This document shows, piece after piece, positions 51,947 through 64,000 of a stretch of 64,000 nucleotides of DNA (within the stretch, counting starts at the first letter, position 1; each line of letters starts with the position of its first letter). A program made the translations under genes and the position numbers. The DNA comes from Diadema antillarum (taxonomy: Eukaryota): contig NW_027271696.1 of the NCBI RefSeq assembly GCF_040938485.1, positions 1,550,001-1,614,000 of the forward strand, read 5' to 3'. A model generated the notes under the pieces. It did not search any database. It was not told the origin of the DNA and was given only the letters and a program-made list of their open reading frames with translations.

Positions 51947-52879
51947 CTACGGTCGCAAAGGTTCGTACGAACGATGCGTTTGTACGAATGTTACTGTTCG
52001 TACGAATTCTGGAGGTAGTAGAGATTCGTAGTTTGGGCACAGATCTTACGGCCTTCTTACAAATTTCGTACAAACGCTGTTTAATTCGCAAGAACAACTT
52101 AAGACCTTTTAAAGAAACGACATGATTTTCAGTTATACAGTGGCCTTAGAATTCATACGTTTTTCGTATGAATGCCTCGAGTTATTCTTTTGTCAGACTT
52201 ACGGCCATCTTACGATTTCTTTTTTGTCGGAAGATGGTCGTAAATGCAACTCATGACACTCTCAAGTCATTCGTAAGAAGATTTTACAATTTTTTGGGGG
52301 TATATTTTGTTGGGTTAAAAAGATGCTGCCATGTCCTGCCGTCTTGATGATTCTTCTTCCTCCTCCTCCTCTTCCTCGTAATCTTCCACTACCTCCTCCC
52401 TGTCACTTCGGATGTCCATCATCTCTCGAGGTTGTTGCTCCAACTCTCCCCCTCTCGCTCCTTCCTTCTCATCCTACTCCTTTCTTTTCTTCCCCTTCCC
52501 CCTTTTCCCTTTGATTGCCTTCCCTTTTGGTCCCATATTTAACAGAGATGCTTTCTGGTCGAACAACTAGAACAGAGTGAGGATTTGAGCTTCGCGTGTT
52601 TGGCTTTATACCCCCTAAAACTCAACAGTTGCACAAATTGTGTACCTACGCCTTACGAGTCCCTTACGAACGTCTTACAAACTGTGTTGTTCGTAAGAAC
52701 GCAGTATGAATCTCCGTTCGTAAGGCATTCTAACGAAAGACGTAAGAGCCCTCTATGAACAACTGAAGGCATTCTTACAATCGTAAGAATTTAAGGCTTT
52801 TAGAATCGTCTCTCGACCCTACAAAATCTTGCGTAGTTCTTACAATGTTCGTACGACGTTCGTACGGCTGTCTTACGAA
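51947..52879. mobile_element. Harbinger-like element truncated on the right
   Basis: TTAAGCTACGGTCGCA left end, dense TTCGTAAG/CTTACGAA motifs in opposite orientations, internal basic-then-acidic ORF remnant (52536 to about 52324, minus); no right TIR. Confidence 0.45.
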
Positions 52880-54011
52880 GAGAAGACACGGTCCGGCAGC
52901 ATTTACTACAATCAGTGTCAGATTGTATGTTTTCTGTCTATCTTCGACTGCGACGTCGATCTCCCCTTTAATGTCGAGAAGTTCTCCCATGTATGTGCAA
53001 AGTTTTGTTGAAGATGGCCTGAGGGCTTTTCCGGGCCAACATTTCTCAAACTTCCTGGCGGGTATCAGCGACAGCGACGCCCCTGTGTCAACCTCCATTT
53101 CCGTCTCGACGTCATCGATCAGTACTGTCACTGTCATTGGAGGGTTAGGCCCAGTCTTCACATTAAAAAGAGTGTGTTTGTGAAGTACCCTCCTTCTCAG
53201 GACGGTCCAAACAGTCCTCGCTGGTTTGTGCGTCTTCCTCATCCACCACGTGCACATTGTCGTTTCGGCGACTACGACACACTCGTGCGATGTGGCCTGT
53301 CTTCCCGCAATTAAAACATGTGTTGTTTCTGAACCTGCAGGTGTCAGGAGAGTGAGTAGCACCACATCGGTAACATGCCTTCTGGGGCTGTTGCGCCGGG
53401 GCACGCCCAGTACTGGACTTCGGCGAACTCGATGTCGATTGGAATTTGTGTACTTCCCCCTGCCCAGCTGCCGAAGACGCCTGCGCACACTTCAGGTCTT
53501 TGACATTGGCGTTGGCCGTTTCGATCCCCTGAGCGATGTCGATTGCTCCCTTGAGATCCAACTTCTGTTCGGAGAGGAGGCGACACTGAATATTGTCATC
53601 ATTTATGCCACAAACGAGGTGATCCCTTAGCATCATGTCGAGCTGCTGGCCATAATTGCAGTGCTCGGCTAACGAACGGAGGGATGCCACGAAGTCAGCC
53701 ACAGACTCCCCCTCACTCTGAAAACGGCTGTTGAACTTACAGCGTTGAACGATTTCACTCAGGACCGGGTTATAGTGCCTTTTCATAAGGGCACAGAGTT
53801 CGTCAAATGTTTTATTGCCTGGTTTTGCGGGAGACACAAGATTCCTTAAAAGGCTGTAGGCCTTTGCGCCGGTGACGGTAAGCAGGATGGCCCGCTGCTT
53901 ACCGGAGTCTGTAATACCATTGGCACCAAAATAGTGCTCAAGTCTCTCAGTATATTGGTCCCACCCATCATGGTCAGGGCGAAATTCATCCTCTTTACCG
54001 ATCAAAGCCAT
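52880..54011 (-). pseudogene. Ty3/Gypsy (Mag-like) gag plus protease fragment
   Basis: MALIGKEDEF...WDQYTERLEHYF...LRDHLVCGI, two CCHC knuckles, frameshifted protease EVDTGASLSLI, cut off after GPCLL. Confidence 0.9.
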
Positions 54012-54032
54012 AGTCACGCGTATGTCCGTATA

Positions 54033-54336
54033 ATCCTCATCGCCAGTGTAGAAAATACCGAAGTACTCAACAAAAACTACTATAATGTGGAGTGGAACCA
54101 ACCTTCATGTTTATCTTATGGAGTTCAGAAACAGACTGAATATTTTTCTACCAGAAGCACATGGCTTCGACCTCATGAATGCCAGGAGTGGTCCCTGGTC
54201 AGAATGAAATATATGGGGACAGGTCCTGTCTGGCAGTGGTCAGCCCCATCCAGTATTCCCAGGGTTTATGCCCCTATTTCATGTGCTTCCATTTCTGCTA
54301 TGTGGTTACAGGGCACATGGGCAATACATTACAACA
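54033..54336 (-). mobile_element. 5' LTR (54047-54336) and primer-binding site of the Mag-like Gypsy
   Basis: Minus strand TGTTGTAATG...TTCTACA followed by C-TGGCGATGAGGAT and then gag; LINE sequence resumes right at 54337. Confidence 0.7.
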
Positions 54337-55478
54337 TGCGCTCCCCATTCCAAATATTCATCAATAAAGATACCGAAATATTTTGTGCTTTTCACTCTCT
54401 TAATCACATCGCCATCTAATGATACTGTAATTCTTTTATCTACTTATTTAAGCCGATTTCGTATACCAACTAATAAAAATTCACATTTAATTAAATTCAA
54501 CTAAAGTTTGTTGCAAGCAACGATATTGATAATATAGCTAGTAAGTCATTTTCAAGGAATGACTTAATTTCAATTACATTTTTAGAACTGCAATGCAAGT
54601 ATCAACAGCATACAATGGTAATGTAGATTTTTTGACTACATTACCAAATTATTTATGTATAATGAAAACAGTAACGGGCCGAGTGCAGACCCTTGCGGTA
54701 TACTACATTCAACTGTAGCTTGCTCCGATCGTATTCCATTCATATACACATAATGAGAACGAGATGACAAATATGACTCAAACCACGTGTGGGTAGTATC
54801 CTCACTATCCTGTATGCCAATGAAATGGAGTTTGTTGAGAAGAATCTGGTGAACTAAGCTATCAAAAGCCTTTTGTAAGTCCAACTTTTCCATGCCAGTA
54901 AGTAATCCTTCATCCACATTTTCTACAGCATCGTCTGTTGTATATAGGACTGCAGAGTAGGTGGAGTGATGTGGTTGGAAACCCGATTGGATTTCCATTA
55001 AGATTTTTTTTATCTGTGACGTATTTATATGTTTGTTCAAGTACTATCTTCTCAATAACTTGAGCTAATACAGACATAAGAGAAATTTGTCTGTAATTGT
55101 TCATAATTTCAATGCTACCTTTTTAGAATATGGTAGTTACTTTTGACATTTTCCATTTTTATGGTACATCTCCACTTTTCAGAGATAGATTTATGATATG
55201 ATGGAGAGGTACAACTATGCATGGTAATATTTCATGAATTAATTTGGCCGATATATCATCTTGTCCACAACCTTTACCCTTGGGGAGACTTTATAACAGA
55301 TCAGAGACCTTCTGAACTGAAACCTCATGAAACTGAAATACATCTTCTAATTGAGGAAGGAAATCCAATGCAGACTTTTCCATGTGAGGTATTTCATTCT
55401 GTACATTTTTACCTACAGTAACAAAGTGGGTATTAAACGCAGTCACGATTCCTTTGGGGTCTGTTACATAGTGATCAT
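54337..55478 (-). pseudogene. CR1/L2-type LINE reverse transcriptase region
   Basis: NYRQISL, QSGF, LDLQKAFD, PQGSALGPLLFSLYIN and KYFGIFIDEYLEW motifs in several frames. Confidence 0.9.
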
Positions 55479-55736
55479 TGTAGCACCCGCCAAGGGTCAC
55501 AGGCGCCGAGGTAATATCACTGACACTGAATAAAGCAGGAGGAGAGGCCATGTGATGTTACTTCAGTCAGTGACACGATGTGAATTACATCATGGCCACT
55601 AACCACAACTTCTTCTCTCTCCCCTGTTCTGGGTTAAACCATCTTTATTTTAGGGGGTTCTTTCTGGAAGAAAGTCCCTCTTCTGTATCGTTTAGTCTTA
55701 ACATGTTGCTTTTTTTGTTATGTGGGCTTGCCCACA
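55479..55736 (-). repeat. 3' LTR (258 bp)
   Basis: TG...CA ends; preceded on the minus strand by a polypurine tract. Confidence 0.93.
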
Positions 55737-55984
55737 CTCTCCCCCCGAATTTGAAGGCTTGTGTATACCACTGAAATATACTCTACATGTCATAAAACAT
55801 TTCACTCTTAAATTTGATCATTGTCATCATGGGCTCCAACCACCTACATGCTTACTTACAAGAATTGCATCACGATTTCCAGCTACTGAGAGGGGTCCTC
55901 TGTTACATAGCTCAAGTTAAGAGAGTGGCCATCCCTATTAACTTAATTAATTTTTCCCATCCTGACATAGACATCCATCAGTAT

Positions 55985-56610
55985 ACAAATAGTGAATGGT
56001 CACGAGTGCAATGGTACGAGATTTCGCACGAGGTGAAAGATAGAGGCGCTCTATTCAACGAGGCGAAGCCGAGTTGTATAGTGCACCTCATCTTTCACCG
56101 AGTGCGAAATCTCGTTCCATTGCCTGAGTAAAGACCATACACTATTTGTTTTATACAACGTCCAAGTAGATCTTTGTTATTTGGTTGGAGGATTGTTAGG
56201 TAGGTCTAAGTAGGCCTAGAAGTCTATATATGTATGAAAAATATAGCCATACTTACATGTGGATCCACTGCGATTCTCTTTCTGGCTTGCGCAATCAGTG
56301 CAGATACAGGTCACAGCTAGCGCTCATACACATACACTATTTAGCACTACGTAGGCCTACATACGCGCATGCATGTACCGCACACGTACACTGCGCTAGC
56401 TGCCTGCGATCCTCAATATGCAAAGCAACTCACAGTACATGCAGTACCGTACAATTTCTCGAACCGTGGAATAGAACGAAAAAATCGAACCAAGTTGCAT
56501 GCAAAAATAGAACCAAAATTGCACGGCGCGTTAAATGGAGTACTTATTGAATATCACGTCACCAACAATCCTCCAATCAAATTACAAGGATCTACTTGGA
56601 CGTTGTATAA
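55985..56610. mobile_element. Compound fold-back insertion inside the Gypsy 3' region
   Basis: 165-bp hairpin centred on GAGGCGAAGCCGAG (55985-56149) plus an inverted pair at about 56152-56198 and 56564-56609. Confidence 0.6.
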
Positions 56611-57966
56611 TAAGGTATCAATACCCTTTACAATTCAACAAATTTGGCATCTGCATTTTCTACCTTTGCTCTTTTCATCTCCGCCACATTTCCCACACAC
56701 CTATGTAAGTAAGATGATTACAATTATACCAAATTATATACACCTAGAGTTGGAACTCCCATATTCTTTGCATCTCTTCTCTGGGATTTACACTAGGAAC
56801 AACAAATCCTAACATTAAAATACATTAATTCGCGGAGTTTTCATATGCTTGTCTCTATTGTTCGTTTTGCTGACCCCAGAGGAAAGTGTTCTGCAGTCCA
56901 GGAAATGGCGGCTGATACGAGTATACTCCCCATGGTACGTATGGCACAGCATACGGGTTGAGCGGTGGTGGCTGGTTCATGTCGACCCATCCCTCGTGCA
57001 TGGCTGGCATGTAAAAAGCGTTGAGTGATGCACCAGTTGGCCATTGTTGTGGATTCCCCAGCTGAGAATACGTCAGGACCGGTGGTGGACGTCTGGACCT
57101 AGGCGGGTTAGTACGTTGTGCCAGTTGTTCAGCTGCACTTGTAGGGGAGGAATCAGAACATTCATGGATTGGCTGAGTTACTGAGGGAGTCAGAGAGGGC
57201 GGTAGCAATGGTTGTATGGGGGAAGGAGAAGGTGGTGGCAAATGAACAGGCAGTGGTACCGGTGGCTGAGATGTGTAGGGTTGGTCAGGTAGTATTGCTC
57301 GTGTGCCACCAGACAATTGTATCGGGTGATCTGAGGTTGATCCTTTAGGTGGGGAAGGGAGATGACCTACAGGTGACAGAGGTGGTTGTGCATCCATGTG
57401 ACTGTTTTGGGCATCTGGGGCTGTCCCTGATATCGGAATGGCACCATTACCATACTCCAGGATCCATGTGACTTCCTCATCTTCTGAGTCACTTTCTTCC
57501 TGTCTTCCCCAGCGTGGGATGGTTGGTTGTGGGTTCTGTTTTGGAGTAACATATCAATGGTTACCACATTGAACGTTTGATACTTGGGATTCCAAGTGGT
57601 CACAGGGCAAAAGCAGGTTGTGATGCAGTATAAGTATGCGACCCTTGGCCCTTCTCTGGGCAGACTTCATATACTGGAATATCAGGTGACAAGCGGCGGT
57701 TGACCACATGGATGTCTTTTTCCCAGTATGAGCGTAGTTTTGAAGGTCCAGACTGCGGGGTCAGGTTCCTCACCAACACCCGGTCTCCTTCTTCAAGCGG
57801 GAGAGGGTGCAGGGCCCTGTCCCTGTGTCTCCTTGACTGGTCAGCCTTTTCTTGGGATGTCTGCTTGGCCTAGGTGTAAACCTCCTGCATCGCTCCTTTC
57901 CATCGTTGTGCATAGGCCTTGTGGTCGCCTCCAGATGGGTTCTCAGTATCTAGTCCAAAAGCAAGG

Positions 57967-58750
57967 TCAATGGAAAGCCTCGGGGGTCTGTCCAAACATT
58001 TGGTAGGCAGGAGCATAACCTGTGGCTTCATTCTTTCTTGCATTATGGGCATGCTCTACCTTATTTAGGTGCTCCTTCCAGTTGGCTTTTGCATCTGCTG
58101 TCAGTGTTCTGAGCATTGAAAGGAGAGTCCTGTTAAAGCATTCTGCTTTGCCATTTCCCTTGTGGTGATAGGGAGTGGTCCTGGCGTTTTTAACTCCAGA
58201 GAGCTGCTGAAGCCGGCGGAACAGCTTATTTTCAAACTCTCCCCCTTGATCATGGAGGATCCGGCGGGGGGAATCCAAACCTCAGCACGAAGTCATTAAA
58301 AATCCTATCCGCGGTTGTTTGCCCTGCCTTGTTCCTGGTGGGGTAAGCTTGAGCGTACCTGGTGAAGTGGTCTACGACAACCAGGATATACTCAAAACCT
58401 CCCTTGCTGGTTTCAAGATGCAGAAAATCAATGGAAATGAGCTCGAGGGGTTCAGATGTTATGATCGGTACCATTGGGGCCTTTGGGGGACGATTCGGTT
58501 TTCGCTGAACAAGACGGCTGCACTCATAATGAATGAAATGCTCCACTGTTCCCAGCATATTGGGCCAATAGAATCGCTGTCTTGCCAAGTCCATCACTCG
58601 TTCAACCCCGAGGTTGCCCATTTCGACATGAAGATCGTGAAGATCACGCCTATGGTATTTGGCAGGTAGGACCAATTGTCGTGTATTCCGGTAGAGGATG
58701 TCATCCTTGCCCAACTCCAACTCCTTCCATTCCCGGAACAATGCTCTCAT
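57967..58750 (-). pseudogene. Gypsy integrase (split by frameshift)
   Basis: LHVEMG...ECSRLVQ zinc-binding remnant, ISIDFL, ILHDQGGEF, GNGKAECFN. Confidence 0.9.
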
Positions 58751-58781
58751 CTCCTTGGGTGCTTTTCTCCAGCAGGCAGCC

Positions 58782-60972
58782 TTAGGAGACTCCCTGCTGC
58801 TTCCTCTGCACGATTTTTCCCAAGAGGGTTTCTTTATGTTGAGCTTTGGCTAACTCTACCTTGCTGACTTCTTGGATAGGCGTCACCAATTCTTGTTCTG
58901 TATCTTCATTGCTCAGGTTGGCAGTGAGACTCATAATCAGTGGCAGGGGCAGAATTTGGGTCGAGTGGACCTGTGGGACTGCAGCACAAATGACACCTGA
59001 TGGAGTCTCCTCGATGCAGTCTCTTATGTATGCTTCCATGTCTCGTGGGATTTTAGACAGAGTGTCTGCATCAGCATTGGTCCGTCCAGGTCTGTATCTG
59101 ATTTGGAAGTTGAAGTTGGCGAGTTCCGTGACCCAACACTGGCTCAATGCATTCAGCTTGGCTGTGGATAGTACATATGCCAACGGGTTGTTGTCCGTGT
59201 AGACTATGAAGGAGGGCGCATAGTACAGGTAGTCATGAAACTTGTCACGTATGGACCACTTTAGTGCCAGAAACTCCAACTTGCCAGAATGCAGATGGTA
59301 GTTTCGTTCCGCTGGTGTCAAAGTTCGAGATGCATAGGCGACCACTCGCAGTCTTCCCCCTTGCCGCTGGTATAACAAAGCCCCTAAGCCATCGTTCGAC
59401 GCATCCCTATGGAGAACGAATGGTTGCTCGAAATTGGGGAAAGCCATAATTGGTGGTCTAGTAAGGTGGTCAGTTAGCTTCTCCAGTCGCTCCTGGTGGA
59501 GTCTTGTCCATTTGACTGGAGTCCGAGATGGCTCTTGGGCATTCTTCTTGGTCCCTCTTGATGGTGCCTTTGACGTCTTGATGGCTGTTTCTTCTGCCGT
59601 GACAGAAAGCAGATCATACATTGATTTGGCCACCTTGGAAAAGTCTGGTATGTATCGACTTGTGGCCCTCTGCGGAGACGATGCGCCCCAGGTAATTCAC
59701 TTCCCGCTTTAAGAGATGGCATTTCGCTGGGCGCAGTTTCATCCCATGCTTTCTTGCTGACTGTAACACTCTTCTTAGGCGAGAGACATGTTTGTCAAAT
59801 GTGTCACTATATACCAAGATATCATCGAGGTAAGTAACACATATCTTGTTGTTGAGGCCTTCTAAGCATGCTTCCATGCACCTTTGGAAGGCTGCAGGGG
59901 CGTTCTTCAGCCCAAATGTGATCCTAACCCATTCATAAAAACCCCATGGAGTGATGAAGGCTGTCAGGGGTCGACTGGTTTCATCCATAAACCCTTGATG
60001 ATAGGCCTTCCCCTGATCGAGGGTGGAGAACCAGTTGTTGCCTCACAAGGTGTCGAGTGTGTCTTAAAAAGCAGGGGATAGGCTGCCGGTCACTCACCGT
60101 CCTTTGGTTGAGCTGACGGGAGTCCACGCACAACCGTAGTGTCCAGTCCTTCTTGCGCACGCACATGATTGGGGAAGAATACGCAGACCCTGGTTGGAGG
60201 ATTCAGAGTCTTGGCTGACACTTCTCCCACTGTGCCACTCTGTGTCTTGGTTGTGGTACTCTCTGGTAGTAACTCCTGGTAACACCAAGTGGACTGTTGC
60301 TAGTCTCCCCAGGCACGTGTACAGTGGGAGTGACACAGGGTAGTTTTTGTCATTGATGACAGGGACAGCTACTTTTACTCTGCTTCCCGTGGTTAGGTCT
60401 ACAGGAGTAACTTCTGCAGTCAGGCCATTTGGAAGTTCATGTGTAGGGACAGGTTCCAGGAGTAGGGTGGTCTGCTCATTCAGGTGGAGGTGTACATTGC
60501 ACATTATCTCTCTCGATGTTCCAGAGGGTATAGTTAGCTCGTCCTCATCGTGCTTTTGAAGGAGGGCGTTCAAGGCATTCACTGCACCCCACTGCGACTG
60601 TGGCAGCATCTCATGCAGGCATTTCTTTGCTTGTTTTGGGGAGTCATTCTTGAGGAATTCCTCTTTGACGTTGAATCCAATGATTAGGTGCTCGATATCT
60701 TCTGTGGTAACAAGGACAGGGATGGCAATGGCTGGTCTCTGGTCAGGCTTAGCAACAGTCAGTTGGAGCTCCACCCACCCGTTGAAAGAGATGGAGGTTC
60801 CATTTGCTGCTGAAACCTGAAGAGATTTGTCATCTGCCAAAAGAGTTGAAAGGGGTGACACTGCTACTGTAGGTAGAAAGCGGTCCAGCCATTTTGTGGA
60901 GACGATCAACACCTGGGCACCTGTGTCCCATAAAACATCTGCGGGTACTTTGTTCAAACTGCACGTGACCAT
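58782..60972 (-). pseudogene. Gypsy protease-RT-RNase H (frameshifted)
   Basis: [58 protein letters not shown]. Confidence 0.92.
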
Positions 60973-61029
60973 ACACTTCCAACTAGCCTTGCCATCTTTG
61001 CTCTTGTCCTAGGGTTTGGGGTTGTATTT

Positions 61030-62423
61030 CTACTCGCTATGGAATTTATGGATGTAGGCTGGGACTTTGGTGTTGTTGAGGTTACTGTCCGTCCCATCTG
61101 GGTAATCTCCCGTCGTTTCCGTGAGGGGAGTTCTGCGCCCGCTCTCTGCATTTCCCCTTGTGAAGTGCTCTCCACTACCACAACGGTAGCAGTGAATGCA
61201 GCTCTCTCCCTTGCCAGCCTTCTTGCACACCTCACACCCCCTCTCCCTCTTGGCTGATCTCCCATAGGGCTGGGGGGCTTGTAGGGCACTCAATTCTGCC
61301 TTCACAATTTCCTGGATGCTGGTCCTCAGCTCCTGGAGGTCAGATCTGTCTTGTTTTGGGGGGTTCTTTTTCTTGGGGGCGTCCAGCTCAGGTGTTTCAG
61401 TGACAGCTGCCACTCTGGCTTATTGAGGCCTCAGCTTTGAGTGTCTCTCATTTTCATGAGCAACAGCCTTGGTGAGGACCTTTAGCAACTCCTCATCAGG
61501 AGTACCATCTTGCAGGATTGGCCTCAGCTCATGCTGGATGGTGGTGTCCTGCAGTCCTGTTGAGATCGCCCTCAGTGCTATCCTCTGCGCCTGGACGCTA
61601 TCATAGCTGATAGTAGCTCCTGATTCTTCTGATGCAAACATTACCTTTTGCTTGAGATCTAGAGTCCGGAGCACGAAGTTGTGAGGGGCCTCCTTCGGGG
61701 ACTGTAGCGATGTTGAAAGCTCCTGGAAGAGGACTGTGGCATCCTTCTCCCTGAAGTTGGATCTCAGGAGACGACGAAGCATTGGGAGGTTCATGTCTCC
61801 CCGTCCCTCCAGACAGCTTCTGAAGGGGAGTCCTGGAACCACAGCCCGATCCACAGCTTCAGTGATCTCCTCTTCTGGGAACCCCTTCCTCAGTCCACCG
61901 TTGATCTGTCGAGCCAGAGCCACGAAGGAGAGCTTATCCTTCTGGCTTGGTTCCCCTATGTGGCCTAGGATATGGAATTCCTTCTGCCAGGTTGCCGGTA
62001 ACGATGGGTGTGATGGCATCTGTGAGACAGGTGGTGGGTCGAGACTAGTCTGCGGCTAGGTCGGTGGCTGGGTCATTGGTTGGGTTGATGTCAAGGTTGG
62101 CAGCTCCACTGTCTTCTTGTCCTCTTTCTCTACCTGCCCACCTTCACCTTTCTCCTCCAATCCCAAACCTTACCTACTTTACGCCACTCTGACTCACCTC
62201 CATCCTCTGCATCCTTCAGTTCGTCTCCATCGAGGAAGCGCGTGATCATTCGCTTCAGCCCCTGTCGACCTTTAGACTTGGCCTCCTCCACCTCACCCTC
62301 AGACAGCTTGAGCTCTGCTGCCGCCTTCAGTAGTTGCTCTGCTGTGCTTACTGCTAAGAGCTGGAGGACTTCGTCGGTCAGCTGCTCGAATCCTGCCATC
62401 TTTAGCCAGTGTAGGAGGTACAA
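61030..62423 (-). pseudogene. Gypsy gag (three frames)
   Basis: EFHILGHIGEP...LSFVAL, CYRCGSGEHF knuckle. Confidence 0.85.
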
Positions 62424-62559
62424 TACGGCTCAATCGTCAAACTGCCTTGGTGCTTGTAGGGACCTTGTCACTGGCTTAGCAGCGATGCATAAGTCAGGGA
62501 AGGTTACTTGTTATAACTTCTCCTGCATCTCAGCATCATCCGGGCAGTGCCTTCAGAAA

Positions 62560-62822
62560 TATAGCACCCGCCAAGGGTCACAGGTGCCGAGGTAATATCA
62601 CTGACACTGAATAAAGCAGGAGGAGAGACCATGTGATGTTACTTCAGTCAGTGATACGATGTGAATGACATCATGGCCACTAACCACAACTTCTTCTCTC
62701 TCCCCTGTTCCTGGGTTAAACCATCTTTAATTTAGGGGGTTCCTTCTGGAAGAAAGTCCCTCTCCTGTATCATTTAGTCTTAACATGTTGCTTTTTTTTT
62801 TTGTTATGTGGGCTTGCCCACA
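62560..62822 (-). repeat. 5' LTR (263 bp)
   Basis: 9 substitutions and 2 indels against the 3' LTR by my count; followed by TGAAGGCACTGCCCGG, resembling a decayed tRNA-Thr PBS (TGGAGGCACCGCTGGG type). Confidence 0.93.
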
Positions 62823-64000
62823 CCATCACTTACAGGTATTTTGACTGAATTGATCAGAGAGTGCGTAATTTTGTTCGGTAGTAAATGCTTGAGTGATGCC
62901 CACATCAAATTTCGATCTTAATTATTATCATTGATACATGATGCAATGAATTTATGTTTTCATTTGCGAATGATTGACATGATTTTGTTTCTCAGTGATT
63001 TGTATTCGCACCAATCCTTTTCTGAACAGGAATTTTTTGCTTTCACTTATTTTTTCATCCCTCTTTCGTATCAGACCCAGTATTTCAGCTGTCATCCAGG
63101 GAGAAACTGTGTTTTTTAGTCGGTATTTCTTTCGGGGAGAATGCTTATCAGTTTTGTCTGTGATTGTTTGATAAAAATTGTCACAATCAGAACATTTTAA
63201 AACATTCTCCCAATTCAGTTCATTAAACTCTTGTTTTACAACTTCTCAGTCTACTTTTTCCCAATTTCAAAAATATTTGAATTTATGCTTTTTTCTACTT
63301 TCTTTTGCCTACTTCTGATGCAGTAAACCATATAATAAATGATCACTAATAAGCCAGTTCGCAGTTCCACTTTGCGCATGAGCAGAAGAAAGGTAATTCA
63401 TACCAACAGGCATATTGGCCTTTAAATTCACTGGGATAAGCATCTGTGATGTAATGATTATTCACGTAATCGTTATAAATGCTGCTTACCTGCACATCCA
63501 CATGACAACGAAAGTGGTATTTGGCAATATGGCAATATCAATAGAAAGAGATTGTTAATACATTCAATGCAAAATAATGAAATAGATGCTTTCCCAAGTG
63601 TTAATTGACGGATCATTCCCGTCATCTCGTCAGTACGCAAGTTCATTCTTTGTTTGGGCAGGTTCAATTAATTCCATTATATTTGTTACGTAAAGCTTCA
63701 GCATTATGTCGCTAAAAAACGAGTGAAGTATCCCCACCTGCGACTGAAAAAAAAAGGTCATTTGGACCAATGTGCCCATGAGCTAACTCCGAACTGGCTT
63801 ATTGTTAATTGCACAGTCCCCGATTCTTGTATTTTTGCACAATCATTTGTTATAATCACATCAATCAGTGTTTGATATAATTCTGTTACTCTAGTCGGAT
63901 CTTTTATTATGATATCCCAGAACAACGCAAAAATCTGACGGAAACTTAGAGTACAGAATAAAGGCAACCACGCAGGGCGCTCTCTCTGGGAGAAAAATGA
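62823..64000 (-). pseudogene. Upstream part of the same LINE (endonuclease end and linker)
   Basis: IIKDPTRVT...TLIDVIITN is the end of the AP-endonuclease; reading across the Gypsy gives ...PVSDG / DHYVTDPKGIVTAFNTHFVTVG. Confidence 0.8.

Larger units (their letters stand above)
55479..62822 (-). mobile_element. Full-length but frameshifted Ty3/Gypsy LTR retrotransposon
   Basis: Two LTRs, gag with CCHC, protease [17 protein letters not shown], RNase H, integrase; PPT GGGGGGAGAG; flanks TCAT / CCAT. Confidence 0.95.

Noticed and set aside
56855-57397. Pro-rich 180-aa ORF as captured host gene or env
   Set aside because: Directly follows the integrase and has the R.RRPP..LTY..LG.P pattern common in Gypsy pol tails; no transmembrane segment

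Overview
Eukaryotic, intron-rich, AT-rich animal genomic DNA (probably a marine invertebrate; this is inference from repeat types and gene structure). Most entries in the supplied ORF track are chance ORFs or single exons. I assembled four spliced genes by hand using GT-AG sites and reading-frame continuity. (1) CLINT1/epsinR on the minus strand: at least 9 coding exons from 21207 down to 2847, continuing towards or past the left edge. (2) MGMT on the plus strand: 3 coding exons, 23503-30180, 182 aa, intact PCHRV site. (3) MRPS26 on the minus strand: 4 exons, 41744-37325, 242 aa. (4) RCCD1 on the plus strand: 6 exons, 44137-49553, 488 aa. They form two head-to-head pairs. Introns hold many non-autonomous DNA transposons (Tc1/mariner-, Harbinger-, Kolobok-, hAT-like MITEs and three Helentron-type HINEs). 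The last 12 kb is a decayed nest: one CR1/L2-type LINE split by two different Ty3/Gypsy insertions, next to a Harbinger-like element. The most unusual structure is in the first coding intron of MGMT: a 3.2-kb, about 99% identical 448-bp tandem array that reverses orientation at an internal junction and is bounded by (TA)n on both sides. No database search was run; family names come from motif recognition.
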